Assembly (NCBI GenBank): GCA_964458605.1
Contig: CAYWLS010000008.1
Coordinates: 73,190-137,189 of the forward strand
DNA from: an uncultured Hyphomicrobiales bacterium
GTDB lineage: Bacteria > Pseudomonadota > Alphaproteobacteria > Reyranellales > JAQSWP01
Length of the DNA: 64,000 nt
Direction of reading: 5' to 3'
Part shown: in pieces, positions 30,079-39,575 of the stretch
Layout: the number at the start of each line of letters is the position of its first letter
Position numbering within the stretch: position 1 is the first letter of the stretch
Translations under genes and position numbers: made by a program
Notes under the pieces: model-generated
The model's input: only the letters and a program-made list of their open reading frames with translations
What the model was told of the DNA's origin: nothing
Databases searched by the model: none

Positions 30079-30369
30079 ATGACATTGCTCAAGACCTCAG
30101 CGCTCGCGGCCGGGATCGCCCTGGCCTTGTCTTTCGGTTCCCTGTCGGTCAATGCCGCAACGACCACCAGCGGCAGCAAGATCGCCAAGGCGCCGGGTAT
30201 CGAACTGGCTGCCTGCGGCGCGCCGAACGCCAAATGCGGCAGTGGCAGCGGCGGGACCGGCATCACGCCGCCGCCGCCGCCGCCTCCCCCGCCGCCGCCG
30301 CCACCACCTCCGCCACCGCCCAGCGGCAGCGGCAATGGCGGCAACGGGCCGATCCGGCCGTCCTACTAA
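30079..30369 (+). CDS. Small secreted protein with 18 consecutive prolines (96 aa, hypothetical)
   Basis: Signal-peptide-like N-terminus ending SVNA, two Cys, P18 tract from mixed CCG/CCT/CCC/CCA codons; own promoter and terminator. Confidence 0.75.
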   Translation: MTLLKTSALAAGIALALSFGSLSVNAATTTSGSKIAKAPGIELAACGAPNAKCGSGSGGTGITPPPPPPPPPPPPPPPPPPSGSGNGGNGPIRPSY

Positions 30370-30397
30370 GCCCACCGATCAAATCGGATCGACCGAC

Positions 30398-30426
30398 TCG
30401 GCCGCCTTCGGGCGGCCGATCCTTTT
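30398..30426 (+). terminator. Intrinsic terminator-like hairpin
   Basis: TCGGCCGCC-TTCG-GGCGGCCGA followed by tccTTTT, between convergent genes. Confidence 0.75.
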
Positions 30427-30431
30427 GGCGC

Positions 30432-30821
30432 TCAGGCCTTGGCGGCGATCGCCTCGATCTCGACCAGAAAGGACGGATCGGCCAGGGCATGCACGATCAG
30501 CAGGGTCGAGGCCGGCGGCACGGCGCCGATGAACCTGTCGCGCACCGCGCGATATGTCGGCACGAAGCGCGCATCGGTCAGATAGACCTGGATCCGCACC
30601 AGATCGGACGCCGCCATTCCCGCGTCCTTGAGGATCGCCAGCACGTTGCGCCAGGCAAGCTCGCATTGCTTCTCGATGCCAAGGCCGGGTTTGCCCTTCT
30701 TGTCGACGCCCACCTGCCCCGAAGCGAACACCAGCCGCGCATTGGCCGGCAGTTCGATGGCATGGCTGTAGCGGCCGCCCGGCGGCGCGATGGTCGTGGG
30801 ATTGCGGACGATCAGGCCCAT
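30432..30821 (-). CDS. RidA/YjgF family protein
   Basis: [21 protein letters not shown]. Confidence 0.92.
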   Translation of the reverse strand: MGLIVRNPTTIAPPGGRYSHAIELPANARLVFASGQVGVDKKGKPGLGIEKQCELAWRNVLAILKDAGMAASDLVRIQVYLTDARFVPTYRAVRDRFIGAVPPASTLLIVHALADPSFLVEIEAIAAKA

Positions 30822-30916
30822 GGATTTCCCCCTTGAGATGCCGCGGCCCGCTGCATTGCGCCGCGCACCTCAAGAGACTAAGTCTTTGGCCGGACCAAAG
30901 CCAAGCGGGACGAGAA

Positions 30917-32299
30917 ATGGCGGCATCGACCAATCCTGTGCATGTGATCGGCGGCGGCCTGGCCGGCAGCGAAGCGGCCTGGCAGGTGGCGCAGGCCGGC
31001 GTGCCGGTGGTGCTGCACGAAATGCGGCCGCTGCGCGGCACCGAAGCGCATCAGACCGATGGTCTGGCGGAACTGGTCTGTTCCAATTCGTTCCGCTCCG
31101 ACGACGCCATGAACAATGCCGTCGGCCTGCTGCACGAGGAGATGCGACGCGCCGGTTCGGTGATCCTGCGGGCGGCCGACGCCAACCAGGTGCCGGCCGG
31201 CGGCGCGCTGGCGGTCGATCGGCACGGCTTTTCGGCCGCCGTCGAAGCCGCCATCCGTGCCCAGCCCCTGATCGAGATAAGTCGCGGCGAGATCGCCGGC
31301 CTGCCGCCCGACCACTGGGACAGCGTGGTGATCGCCACCGGCCCGCTGACCTCTCCGGCGCTGGCGGAAGCGATAAAGGGCCTGACCGGCGAAGATTCCC
31401 TGGCGTTCTTCGACGCCATCGCGCCGATCGTGCACAAGGACAGCATCGATTTCGGCCAGGCCTGGTTCCAGTCGCGCTACGACAAGGCCGGGCCCGGCGG
31501 CGACGGCGCCGACTACGTCAACTGCCCGCTCGACAAGGCGCAATACGAGGGCTTCATCGCCGCGCTGCTGGCGGGCGAGAAAACCGACTTCAAGGAATGG
31601 GAAGCCAGCACGCCCTATTTCGAGGGCTGCCTGCCGATCGAGGTGATGGCCGCGCGCGGCATCGATACCTTGCGCTATGGGCCGATGAAGCCGGTCGGCC
31701 TGACCGACCCGCGCACCGGCCGGCGGCCCCATGCGGTGGTGCAACTGCGCCAGGACAACGCCCTGGGCAGCCTCTACAACATGGTGGGTTTCCAGACCAA
31801 GCTGAAGCACGGCGAGCAGACGCGCATCTTCCGCACCATCCCTGGCCTGCAGAACGCCCAATTTGCCCGGCTGGGCGGGCTGCACCGCAACACCTTCATC
31901 AACAGCCCGCGCCTGCTCGATGCCACGCTGCGCTTGAAGGCGATGACGCGGCTGCGCTTTGCCGGCCAGGTCACCGGCGTGGAAGGCTATGTCGAGAGCG
32001 CCGCGGTCGGCCTGCTGGCCGGACGTTTTGCCGCCGCCGACCGGCTGGGCCAGACGATCGCACCGCCGCCGCCCAGCACGGCACTGGGGGCGCTGCTGGC
32101 CCATATCACGGCCAATGCCGACGCCCGGACGTTCCAGCCGATGAACGTCAATTTCGGCCTGTTTCCCGAATTGCCGGTCGATCACGCCAAATGGGGCAAG
32201 AAAGGTCCGCGCGGCAAGGATCGCAAGCAGGCGCTGGCGCAACGCGCGCTGGAAGATCTGGCCGTGTGGCTCGGCACCGCGCGCCAAGCGGCGGAATAG
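30917..32299 (+). CDS. trmFO: tRNA (uracil-54) methyltransferase, FAD-dependent
   Basis: [58 protein letters not shown]. Confidence 0.97.
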   Translation: MAASTNPVHVIGGGLAGSEAAWQVAQAGVPVVLHEMRPLRGTEAHQTDGLAELVCSNSFRSDDAMNNAVGLLHEEMRRAGSVILRAADANQVPAGGALAVDRHGFSAAVEAAIRAQPLIEISRGEIAGLPPDHWDSVVIATGPLTSPALAEAIKGLTGEDSLAFFDAIAPIVHKDSIDFGQAWFQSRYDKAGPGGDGADYVNCPLDKAQYEGFIAALLAGEKTDFKEWEASTPYFEGCLPIEVMAARGIDTLRYGPMKPVGLTDPRTGRRPHAVVQLRQDNALGSLYNMVGFQTKLKHGEQTRIFRTIPGLQNAQFARLGGLHRNTFINSPRLLDATLRLKAMTRLRFAGQVTGVEGYVESAAVGLLAGRFAAADRLGQTIAPPPPSTALGALLAHITANADARTFQPMNVNFGLFPELPVDHAKWGKKGPRGKDRKQALAQRALEDLAVWLGTARQAAE

Positions 32300-33208
32300 T
32301 CAGAAGCGGCGCACCGAGGCCTTCCAGGCCAGGCGCAACTGGCGCGCCAGCGGCGGCAGATCCGTCTTGGGGTGATAGACGTCGTAGCGGAATCGCGCCA
32401 GCCGCGACAGGTAGCCGTCCAGCAGCGCCGCCGGCATCAGCGCCGGCAAGGCCGCCGCCGGTATGCCGACGCGCAGCTTGCGTGCCTGGCGCAGATGGCG
32501 CCGTGCCTCCGAAGCGATGCCGGCCACCACCACCGCCAGCGCCTTGGGCTTGCGCCGCTCGAACACGTCGCCGGGCGTCAGCCCGGCCTTGGCCAGCCGA
32601 TCCGCCGGCAGATAGAGCCGGCGCGGCGCGGCGTGGAAGGGAATGGCGCGCAGCAGCCCGGTCAGGGCCCAGGCGACGCCGATATCGTGACCGGCCTGCA
32701 AGGTGCGCGGCTGGGTGGCGCCCAGGCAATGCAGGATCAGCCGCGTCAGCCCGGCCGAGGTCGCCTCGGCATAGCGCTCCAGCGCCGCCAGATCGGCGGG
32801 CGGCTCGTTCTGCAGATCGAAGGTGCGCGCCTCGAGCAGCGCGGAGAACGGCGCGCGCGGCAGGTCGAAACGCGATACCGCTTCGGCCAGGGGCTGCACC
32901 ACCTGGTGCCGCAGCACCTTGCCGTCGTAGATGCCGTCGAGCGCATCGCGCCACCACTGCAGGCGGATATGGCCCAGGATCGGCTCGCTGACCAGTTCGC
33001 GGGTGCGCGCCACTTCGCTGTTGAACGCCAGCAGCGCGAACACGGCGGCGCGGGCCTCTTCCGGCGCGAACAACCCGCACAGGTAGCGATCGTAGTCGCG
33101 CTGGCGCACCAGCTCGGCGCAATGGCGATTGTCGTCCGGCGCGGCGTGGGCCTTGCCCGAAATACCCGCCGCCAGACTGGCCGCGCCGTTGGTTCCGCTT
33201 TGCGTCAT
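32300..33208 (-). CDS. Squalene/phytoene synthase-fold protein (NDUFAF6-like)
   Basis: DYDRYL..LFAP, AFNSEVAR...SEP..G.IRLQWWRD, YAEATS; lacks DDxxD. Confidence 0.88.
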   Translation of the reverse strand: MTQSGTNGAASLAAGISGKAHAAPDDNRHCAELVRQRDYDRYLCGLFAPEEARAAVFALLAFNSEVARTRELVSEPILGHIRLQWWRDALDGIYDGKVLRHQVVQPLAEAVSRFDLPRAPFSALLEARTFDLQNEPPADLAALERYAEATSAGLTRLILHCLGATQPRTLQAGHDIGVAWALTGLLRAIPFHAAPRRLYLPADRLAKAGLTPGDVFERRKPKALAVVVAGIASEARRHLRQARKLRVGIPAAALPALMPAALLDGYLSRLARFRYDVYHPKTDLPPLARQLRLAWKASVRRF

Positions 33209-33298
33209 CGTCGCGCCCGAATTCGATTCCGATTATGGAGTTTATGCCATAAACCACAGCCGGCACGCCATGTTAGGGGCACAGCCAGCCGCAGGACA

Positions 33299-34135
33299 AT
33301 GATCACGACAACTGACAGCGACCTTGCCGCGATCCTGATTGCCGGCAACAGCCCCGATGTGGTGCTGATGACATGGGCCGGCAAGGCGCTGCCCGCCGCA
33401 CTGCAGGGACTTCACCGTGACATGCTGGCGGCGTTGCGACTGGTTCGCGGCTTGACCCGGCATGCGCCTGCGGATGCCGACACCCTGGCGGCACTGGCGC
33501 AATCGCTCGAGGCCGCGGCGCGCGGGGGCGCCTCGCGTGGCCTGGCCGGCGAGGCGATCGTCCTGGCCTCGCCGGCGATCGCCGCTCTGAGCGCCAGCCT
33601 GCTGCAGGCGACGCGGCGGGAGCTGACGATGAGGCGGCGCGGCGAAGCGCTGTTCCCGGGCTGGAGCGATTTCTACAGCCATGCGCGCTTTGCCATGGTG
33701 CCGGTGGGCCGCACCCTGCTGGACGGCGCCGGCATTGGCCAACCGGCCACGCTCGATGCCATGGATGCGTTGATGACGGCGGTGGCGCTGATCGGCGCGC
33801 TGCAGGAGGCCGGACAGCGCTGCCGGCAAAACGGCGCCGTCGCGCTGCCGCTGCAATGGCTGGGCGGCGCGGAAGGGGCGCAAGGCCTGGCCGGGCGACG
33901 CTGCTCGGACGTGCTGCGCAGGGGCTTCGATCGCGGCGCCGACCGGGCCCGGGAATTGCTCGCGCTGGCCGGACCAAGCCGCGCCGGGGGCCCGATCGGA
34001 CCCTATTCGGCGCGGCTGCTGCTGCTCGGCCAACGCCTGCTGCGACGGCTGCAACGGCGCGATCCGCTGGCACAGCGGATCGGGCTGGGCTGGTTCGACA
34101 GCCTTGCGCTTCGACTGGCCAGGCTCGGTCCTTGA
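33299..34135 (+). CDS. Divergent squalene/phytoene synthase-fold protein (HpnC-like, degenerate)
   Basis: Part of ORF 32372..34135 from ATG 33299 (RBS AGGA); WSDFYSHARFAMVPVGR and MDALMTAVALIGALQE resemble HpnC motifs. Confidence 0.55.
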   Translation: MITTTDSDLAAILIAGNSPDVVLMTWAGKALPAALQGLHRDMLAALRLVRGLTRHAPADADTLAALAQSLEAAARGGASRGLAGEAIVLASPAIAALSASLLQATRRELTMRRRGEALFPGWSDFYSHARFAMVPVGRTLLDGAGIGQPATLDAMDALMTAVALIGALQEAGQRCRQNGAVALPLQWLGGAEGAQGLAGRRCSDVLRRGFDRGADRARELLALAGPSRAGGPIGPYSARLLLLGQRLLRRLQRRDPLAQRIGLGWFDSLALRLARLGP

Positions 34136-34246
34136 CGGCACTTCTGCTGGCCGTTGCAAAAAACCCTGCCGTTCTAACGGTTTGCGGTACCTGAGTGCTG
34201 TGGTAGAATTTTAGGCATCACATCTAGCTCGAGGGGGAGCGTTGCG

Positions 34247-34861
34247 ATGGGTGCCATTCTTCAATCGCTGCAAAAGACGGTGGTTGCCGGCTTCGTCCTG
34301 CTGGTGATCATCTTCATCGTAGTCAAACTGACCGTGCCGGGGAGCTGGGCCTTCTTCGACACCGAGTGGATCAAGTTCGTGGTGCGCTGGCTGCACGTGC
34401 TGAGCGGCGTCATGTGGATCGGCCTGCTCTACTACTTCAACTTCGTGCAGACGCCCAGCATGCCGCAGATTCCGGACGAGCAGAAACCGGCGGTCAGCAA
34501 GGTGATCGCGCCCCGAGCGCTGTTCTGGTTCCGCTGGGGCGCCATGTCGACCATCGTGTTCGGCCTGATCCTGGCCGGCATGAACGGCTACCTGCTCAAC
34601 GCCCTGACCCTGGGCATCGTCAAGTCCGGCACCACCGGCGCCGCCACGATCGGCATCGGCATGTGGCTGGGCATCGTCATGTGGTTCAATGTCTGGTTCA
34701 TCATCTGGCCGAACCAGAAGATCGCGCTGGGCATCGTCAACGCGCCGGCCGACGCCAAGCCCAAGGCCGCCAAAGCGGCCGGCCAGGCCTCGCGCATCAA
34801 CGTGTTGCTGTCGGTGCCCATGCTGTTCTGCATGATCGCGCAGTCCCATGGCGGGCTCTGA
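34247..34861 (+). CDS. PuuD-like (DUF989) membrane protein, short form without cytochrome c domain
   Basis: RWLHVLSGVMWIGLLYYFNFVQ, ALFWFRW, MWFNVWFIIWPNQK, ASRIN..LS.PML. Confidence 0.85.
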   Translation: MGAILQSLQKTVVAGFVLLVIIFIVVKLTVPGSWAFFDTEWIKFVVRWLHVLSGVMWIGLLYYFNFVQTPSMPQIPDEQKPAVSKVIAPRALFWFRWGAMSTIVFGLILAGMNGYLLNALTLGIVKSGTTGAATIGIGMWLGIVMWFNVWFIIWPNQKIALGIVNAPADAKPKAAKAAGQASRINVLLSVPMLFCMIAQSHGGL

Positions 34862-34883
34862 TCCGGCGCCACGACGCTGAAAG

Positions 34884-34909
34884 CGGGGCCTGCGGGCCCC
34901 GTTTTTTTT
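34884..34909 (+). terminator. Rho-independent terminator
   Basis: CGGGGCC-TGCG-GGCCCCG followed by T8. Confidence 0.9.
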
Positions 34910-34961
34910 GGACAGCGACCGGGACCGCGAATCCGCCGCTTCGAGCGGCGCGGCGAGCCCT

Positions 34962-35351
34962 TTACGGAATCGGCAGCAGCGCCGCCGCCACCAGCCGGGC
35001 CTCGGCCAGCAGCACGTTGTAGGTGCGGCAGGCGCCGCCGGTATCCATTACATCGGCCACCACGCCCATGTCGCGCAATTGCTGGCGCAATCCGCTGTCC
35101 AGCGGCACGGGCCGCGGACCGGCGCCGAACAGCAGGATCTCGCAGCGGCGGCCCTCGGCGAATAGCGGCGCCAGGCTGGCGAAGCTCAGTCCGCGCCAGT
35201 CCGCCACCGGCCAGGGCAGGGTCAGCTTGGGCATGACCAGCACCGCGCCGTCATGCTGCAGGTTGCTGACGCGGAAGCGCCCGCCGCCATAGGACTGGAT
35301 GACCTGCAGCTCGTCGGGACGCGGCGTGGGCAGGGTCTTGTCGTCGATCAT
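34962..35351 (-). CDS. Mth938-like/DUF498 protein (NDUFAF3 homologue)
   Basis: IQSYGGGRF, EILLFGAG, MDTGGACRTYNVLLAEAR.VAAAL; follows secF. Confidence 0.93.
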   Translation of the reverse strand: MIDDKTLPTPRPDELQVIQSYGGGRFRVSNLQHDGAVLVMPKLTLPWPVADWRGLSFASLAPLFAEGRRCEILLFGAGPRPVPLDSGLRQQLRDMGVVADVMDTGGACRTYNVLLAEARLVAAALLPIP

Positions 35352-35369
35352 GCTGCCCTTGCGCGCCGC

Positions 35370-36320
35370 TCAGGGCAGATGCGCCCGCTTGTCCTTGGGC
35401 GGCTCCTTGCCGCCCCGGCGCAGCTTGTTCTGGCCCAGGAACAGCAGGATCGGCGCGGCGATGAAGATCGACGAGGAGGTCGCCAGCACCACGCCGAACA
35501 GCAGCACCAGCGCGAAATCCTCGATCGACTTGCCGCCCAGCAGGGCCAGCGGCACGGTCGACAGGAACACGGTGAGCGAGGTGTTGACGGTGCGGTTGAG
35601 CGTCTCGTTGATCGATTTGTCGATCAGCTCGCGCAGCGGCAGGGTCTTGTACTTGCGCAGATTCTCGCGCACGCGGTCGTAGACCACGACCTTGTCGTTG
35701 ACCGAGAAGCCCATGATGGTGAGGATCGCCGCGATCGACACCAGGTTGAATTCGATGCCGGTGACGGCGTAGAAGCCGATCGTCTTGGTGACGTCGAGCA
35801 CCAATGTGGCGATCGCGCCGATGCCGAACTGCCACTCGAAGCGGAACCAGATGTAGATCAGCATGGCGATCAGGGCCAGGCCCATCGCCACCATGCCCGA
35901 CTGGAACTGCTCGCCCGAGACCGAGGCGCCGATCGAGGCGGCGCGGCGGATCTCGACGTCGGGATAGGCCTGCTTCAGCGCGTCGGTGACTTTCTTGCTG
36001 GCCTCGGTCGTGGCGGCGTCGACATTGCCCTGGCGCTCCATGCGGATGCGCACGTCGTTGGCCGAGCCGAATTCCTGCAGCGAGATATTGCCCAGATGCA
36101 GCCCGCCCAGCAGGGTGCGCAGCTTGGGGAAGTCGGCGGCCTGCTGGAAACGCGCCTCGACCACGATGCCGCCCTTGAAATCGGGGCCGTAATTCAGGCC
36201 CGGATAGAAGAACAGCACCACCGAGATCAGCGACAGCAGCGCCGAGACGCCGAGGCCGGCGAAGCGGCCCTTCATGAACGGGTAGTTGGTATGGTCGGGG
36301 ATGAGGCGAAGCTTGCGCAT
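35370..36320 (-). CDS. secF: Protein translocase subunit SecF
   Basis: GLNYGPDFKGG, YIWFRFEW, GFSVNDKVVVYDRVRE. Confidence 0.97.
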   Translation of the reverse strand: MRKLRLIPDHTNYPFMKGRFAGLGVSALLSLISVVLFFYPGLNYGPDFKGGIVVEARFQQAADFPKLRTLLGGLHLGNISLQEFGSANDVRIRMERQGNVDAATTEASKKVTDALKQAYPDVEIRRAASIGASVSGEQFQSGMVAMGLALIAMLIYIWFRFEWQFGIGAIATLVLDVTKTIGFYAVTGIEFNLVSIAAILTIMGFSVNDKVVVYDRVRENLRKYKTLPLRELIDKSINETLNRTVNTSLTVFLSTVPLALLGGKSIEDFALVLLFGVVLATSSSIFIAAPILLFLGQNKLRRGGKEPPKDKRAHLP

Positions 36321-36329
36321 GGCTGTTTC

Positions 36330-37901
36330 CTATACCGCCAGCGCCTTGGGCCGCCGCCAGCGGTACCACAGCACGATCATCATGCGCACCAGCACCAGCG
36401 CGGTGAACATCGAGCACAGGATGCCCAGGCCGATGGTGACGGCGAAGCCCTTCACCGCGCCCGAGCCCAGCGTGTAGAGCAGCACCATCTTCAGCAAGGT
36501 GGTGACGTTGGCGTCGAGAATGGTGCTGAAGGCGCGGTTGAAGCCGGCGTCGATGGCCGAAATGGGCGAGCGGCCGAGCTTGGTTTCCTCGCGGATGCGT
36601 TCGTTGATCAGCACGTTGGCGTCGACCGACATGCCCAGCGACAGCAGCAGGCCGGCGATGCCCGGCAGGGTCAGCGTCGCTTCCAGCATCGACATGACGG
36701 CGAGCGTGATGACCAGGTTGAAGATCAGCGCGATGTCGGCGAACAGGCCGAACAGGCCGTAGGCCAGCACCATGTAGATCACCACCAGCCCGGCGGCGAC
36801 CATGATCGAGATGATGCCGGCGCGGATCGAATCGGCGCCCAGGTCCGGGCCGACCGTATTCTGCTCGATGATGGTCAGCGGCGCCGGCAGCGCGCCGGCG
36901 CGCAGCAGCAGCGCCAGGTCGGTGGCCGACTGGGCGGTGAAATTGCCGGTGATGATGCCGTTGCCGCCGCAGATCGCGCTCTGGATCTCGGGCGCGCTGA
37001 TCACCTTCTTGTCGAGCACGATGGCCAGGCGCTTGTGCACGTTCTCGGTGGTGGCGTTGCAGAAGCGCCGGCCGCCGGCGCTGTCGAAGCGGAACTGCAC
37101 CACCCAGCGGCCCTGGTCGTTCTGCGGCGTGGCATTGGTCAGCGAATCGCCGCCCACCACGACGCGCTTGTAGACCACGTAGCGCGGCGACTCGTTGCCG
37201 ACCTTCTCGGTGCCCTCGAGGATTTCCGAGGTCGGCGGCGGACCGTTGAGCATGGCGTCGGTCAGCGGCACGTTCTCGTTGAGCAGGCGGAATTCCAGCT
37301 TGGCGGTGGTGCCGATCAGTTCCTTGACGCGCTGCGGATCGCCCAGGCCGGGGATCTGCAGCAGGATGCGGTCGGAGCCCTGGCGCTGCACCGACAGTTC
37401 CTTGGTGCCGGTCTCGTCGACGCGGCGGCGGATGATCTCCATCGACTGGTCGATGATCTGCTGCTGGCGATCGCGCAGCGCCACCTCGCTGAAGGTGGCC
37501 TGCACGGTGCCGTCGGACTGGGTCGAGACGCTCAGCCGGCTGTCGTATTTGCGCATCAGCTCGGCGGCGGCCGAGGCGTCCTTGGCGTCGCGCAGGCTGA
37601 CCGTGATGGCGTTGTTCTTGACCTGCACGTCGGTGACGCGGATCTGCTCCTTGCGGAACTCGCCGCGCAGGGACTCGGCGATCTCGTTGAGCTGCTGGTC
37701 GAGCACCTGCTGGACACCGACCTCGAGCAGGAAGTAGCCGCCGCCCTGCAGGTCGAGGCCCAGGCTGACCTGGCGATGCGGCAGGATGCCGGGCCATTTC
37801 TCGACCTGCTCGCGCGAGAAGAAGTTGGGCAGGCACAGGACGAGGCCGAGCAGGCACACCCCACAGACCAGGGCGATCTTCCATCTCGGCATGTTCATCA
37901 T
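36330..37901 (-). CDS. secD: Protein translocase subunit SecD
   Basis: LGLDLQGG, GALPAPL, VGPDLG, TLTLPGIAG, VDANVLINERIREE. Confidence 0.98.
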   Translation of the reverse strand: MMNMPRWKIALVCGVCLLGLVLCLPNFFSREQVEKWPGILPHRQVSLGLDLQGGGYFLLEVGVQQVLDQQLNEIAESLRGEFRKEQIRVTDVQVKNNAITVSLRDAKDASAAAELMRKYDSRLSVSTQSDGTVQATFSEVALRDRQQQIIDQSMEIIRRRVDETGTKELSVQRQGSDRILLQIPGLGDPQRVKELIGTTAKLEFRLLNENVPLTDAMLNGPPPTSEILEGTEKVGNESPRYVVYKRVVVGGDSLTNATPQNDQGRWVVQFRFDSAGGRRFCNATTENVHKRLAIVLDKKVISAPEIQSAICGGNGIITGNFTAQSATDLALLLRAGALPAPLTIIEQNTVGPDLGADSIRAGIISIMVAAGLVVIYMVLAYGLFGLFADIALIFNLVITLAVMSMLEATLTLPGIAGLLLSLGMSVDANVLINERIREETKLGRSPISAIDAGFNRAFSTILDANVTTLLKMVLLYTLGSGAVKGFAVTIGLGILCSMFTALVLVRMMIVLWYRWRRPKALAV

Positions 37902-37957
37902 CGTCTACGATCCCCAAGCGGCGTCCGTGCGGCGGACGCTCGCGGTGCTATATTTGG

Positions 37958-38419
37958 TCAGTTCTTGGGTTTGCCAAGCCCGAACAGGCCGCCCAGGCCG
38001 GACGGCCGCTGCGCCGGCGCCGGCGGCGGGGGCAGCAGGGGCTTGTCCTCGTCGCTGTCCTCGTCCTTGCCCTTGGGCTCGCCCTTGATCGGCTGGTCCT
38101 TGGCGATGACGTCGGTGATGTTGGCGCGCAGCATGCGCACCCGCACGCCGTCGGCGATCTGCACCGTGACTTCGTTCTCGTTGATGACCTTGATCACCTG
38201 GCCGATCATGCCGCCGGAGGTGACCACCCGGTCGCCGCGCTTGACGGCGGCGATCATCTCGCGCATCGCCTTCATCTTCTTCTGCTGCGGGCGGATCATC
38301 AGGAAGTAGAACACGGCGAAGATCAGCACCATCATGACGATGGGGCTGCTGAGCAGGCCGGCCGGGCCGCCGGCTCCGGCATCGGTGGCGCCCTGGGCGA
38401 AGGCCTGGGAAATCAGCAT
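37958..38419 (-). CDS. yajC: Preprotein translocase subunit YajC (with acidic/Pro-rich C-terminal extension)
   Basis: FYFLMIRPQQKK, GDRVVTSGGMIG. Confidence 0.96.
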   Translation of the reverse strand: MLISQAFAQGATDAGAGGPAGLLSSPIVMMVLIFAVFYFLMIRPQQKKMKAMREMIAAVKRGDRVVTSGGMIGQVIKVINENEVTVQIADGVRVRMLRANITDVIAKDQPIKGEPKGKDEDSDEDKPLLPPPPAPAQRPSGLGGLFGLGKPKN

Positions 38420-38614
38420 CGCATTCTCCTAAGATGACGCGCGGCCGCGAGGCGGCGCAACGGGGCGCCCGGCCGGTCGAAAAGCCGGGGGGACTATAGC
38501 GACCCAAGCGGCAATTGCAATGCAGCGTTTCGCCCCCGCCGGATCGTGAAAATCGATATGCGGGCCAGCGACTTATGCTAACGTCGCGACCTGCAAAAAC
38601 GACCGGTCCGCCCC

Positions 38615-39526
38615 ATGTCCGACGCCCTTCCCGCCCTGCTTGCCCGCATCGCCGACGCCCTGGAGCGGCTGGCGCCGCCGCCGCCCCGGCCGGTGGCGCT
38701 GGAGGCCGCCGAGGCCTTCACCTGGCATGCCGAGGCCGGCCGGCTGGAGCCGGTGCAGAGCGTCAACCGCGTCGATATCGAGCTGCTGCAAGGCATCGAG
38801 CGGCAGCGCCAGATCCTGCTCGACAACACCCAGCGCTTCGCCGACGGGCTGCCGGCCAACAATGCCCTGCTGTGGGGCGCGCGCGGCGCGGGCAAGAGCT
38901 CGCTGGTCAAGGCCGCCCACGCCGCCGTCAACAGGCGCCAGGCCCAGGCCGGCAAGCCGCCGGTTGCCCTGGTCGAGATCCACCGCGAGGACATCCCGTC
39001 CCTGCCGCGGCTGCTGATGCAACTGCGCGGCGCCTCGCGCCGGGTGATCCTGTTCTGCGACGACCTGTCTTTCGACGGCGAGGACGCCGCCTACAAGTCG
39101 CTCAAGGCGGTGCTGGAAGGCGGCGTCGAAGGCCGGCCCGACAACGTGGTGTTCTACGCCACCTCGAACCGGCGCCACCTGATGCCGCGCGACATGATCG
39201 ACAACGAGCGCTCGACCGCCATCAATCCCAGCGAAGCGGTCGAGGAAAAGGTCTCGCTGTCGGATCGCTTCGGCCTGTGGCTGGGCTTCCACAACTGCGA
39301 CCAGGATACCTACTTCGCCATGATCGGCGCCTATGTGCAGCATTTCGGCCTGAAGGTCGCGCCGGAAGACTGGAAGGCGCAGGCCATCGAATGGAGCATG
39401 ACCCGCGGCGCGCGCTCCGGCCGCGTCGCCTGGCAGTTCGTGCAGGATCTGGCGGGCCGGCTGGGCCAGAAGCTGTCGCAGTCCGCCGTGCCGAGCGCAG
39501 CGAAGCATCCTGCGTCAACGCCATAA
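38615..39526 (+). CDS. DUF815 AAA+ ATPase
   Basis: ALLWGARGAGKSS, FCDDLSF, YATSNRRHL, EEKVSLSDRFGLWLGF. Confidence 0.93.
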   Translation: MSDALPALLARIADALERLAPPPPRPVALEAAEAFTWHAEAGRLEPVQSVNRVDIELLQGIERQRQILLDNTQRFADGLPANNALLWGARGAGKSSLVKAAHAAVNRRQAQAGKPPVALVEIHREDIPSLPRLLMQLRGASRRVILFCDDLSFDGEDAAYKSLKAVLEGGVEGRPDNVVFYATSNRRHLMPRDMIDNERSTAINPSEAVEEKVSLSDRFGLWLGFHNCDQDTYFAMIGAYVQHFGLKVAPEDWKAQAIEWSMTRGARSGRVAWQFVQDLAGRLGQKLSQSAVPSAAKHPASTP

Positions 39527-39575
39527 ACCGTTGCGGCCCAAGCAGGATCCCTCGCTGCACGCGGGATGACGGATA

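Noticed and set aside
30079-30369. Cys-motif RiPP/metallophore precursor (HvfA/bufferin-like) based on signal peptide plus ACG...KCG
   Set aside because: Only one KCG-like motif, and no DUF692/MNIO or other maturase adjacent. Left only as a remote possibility.
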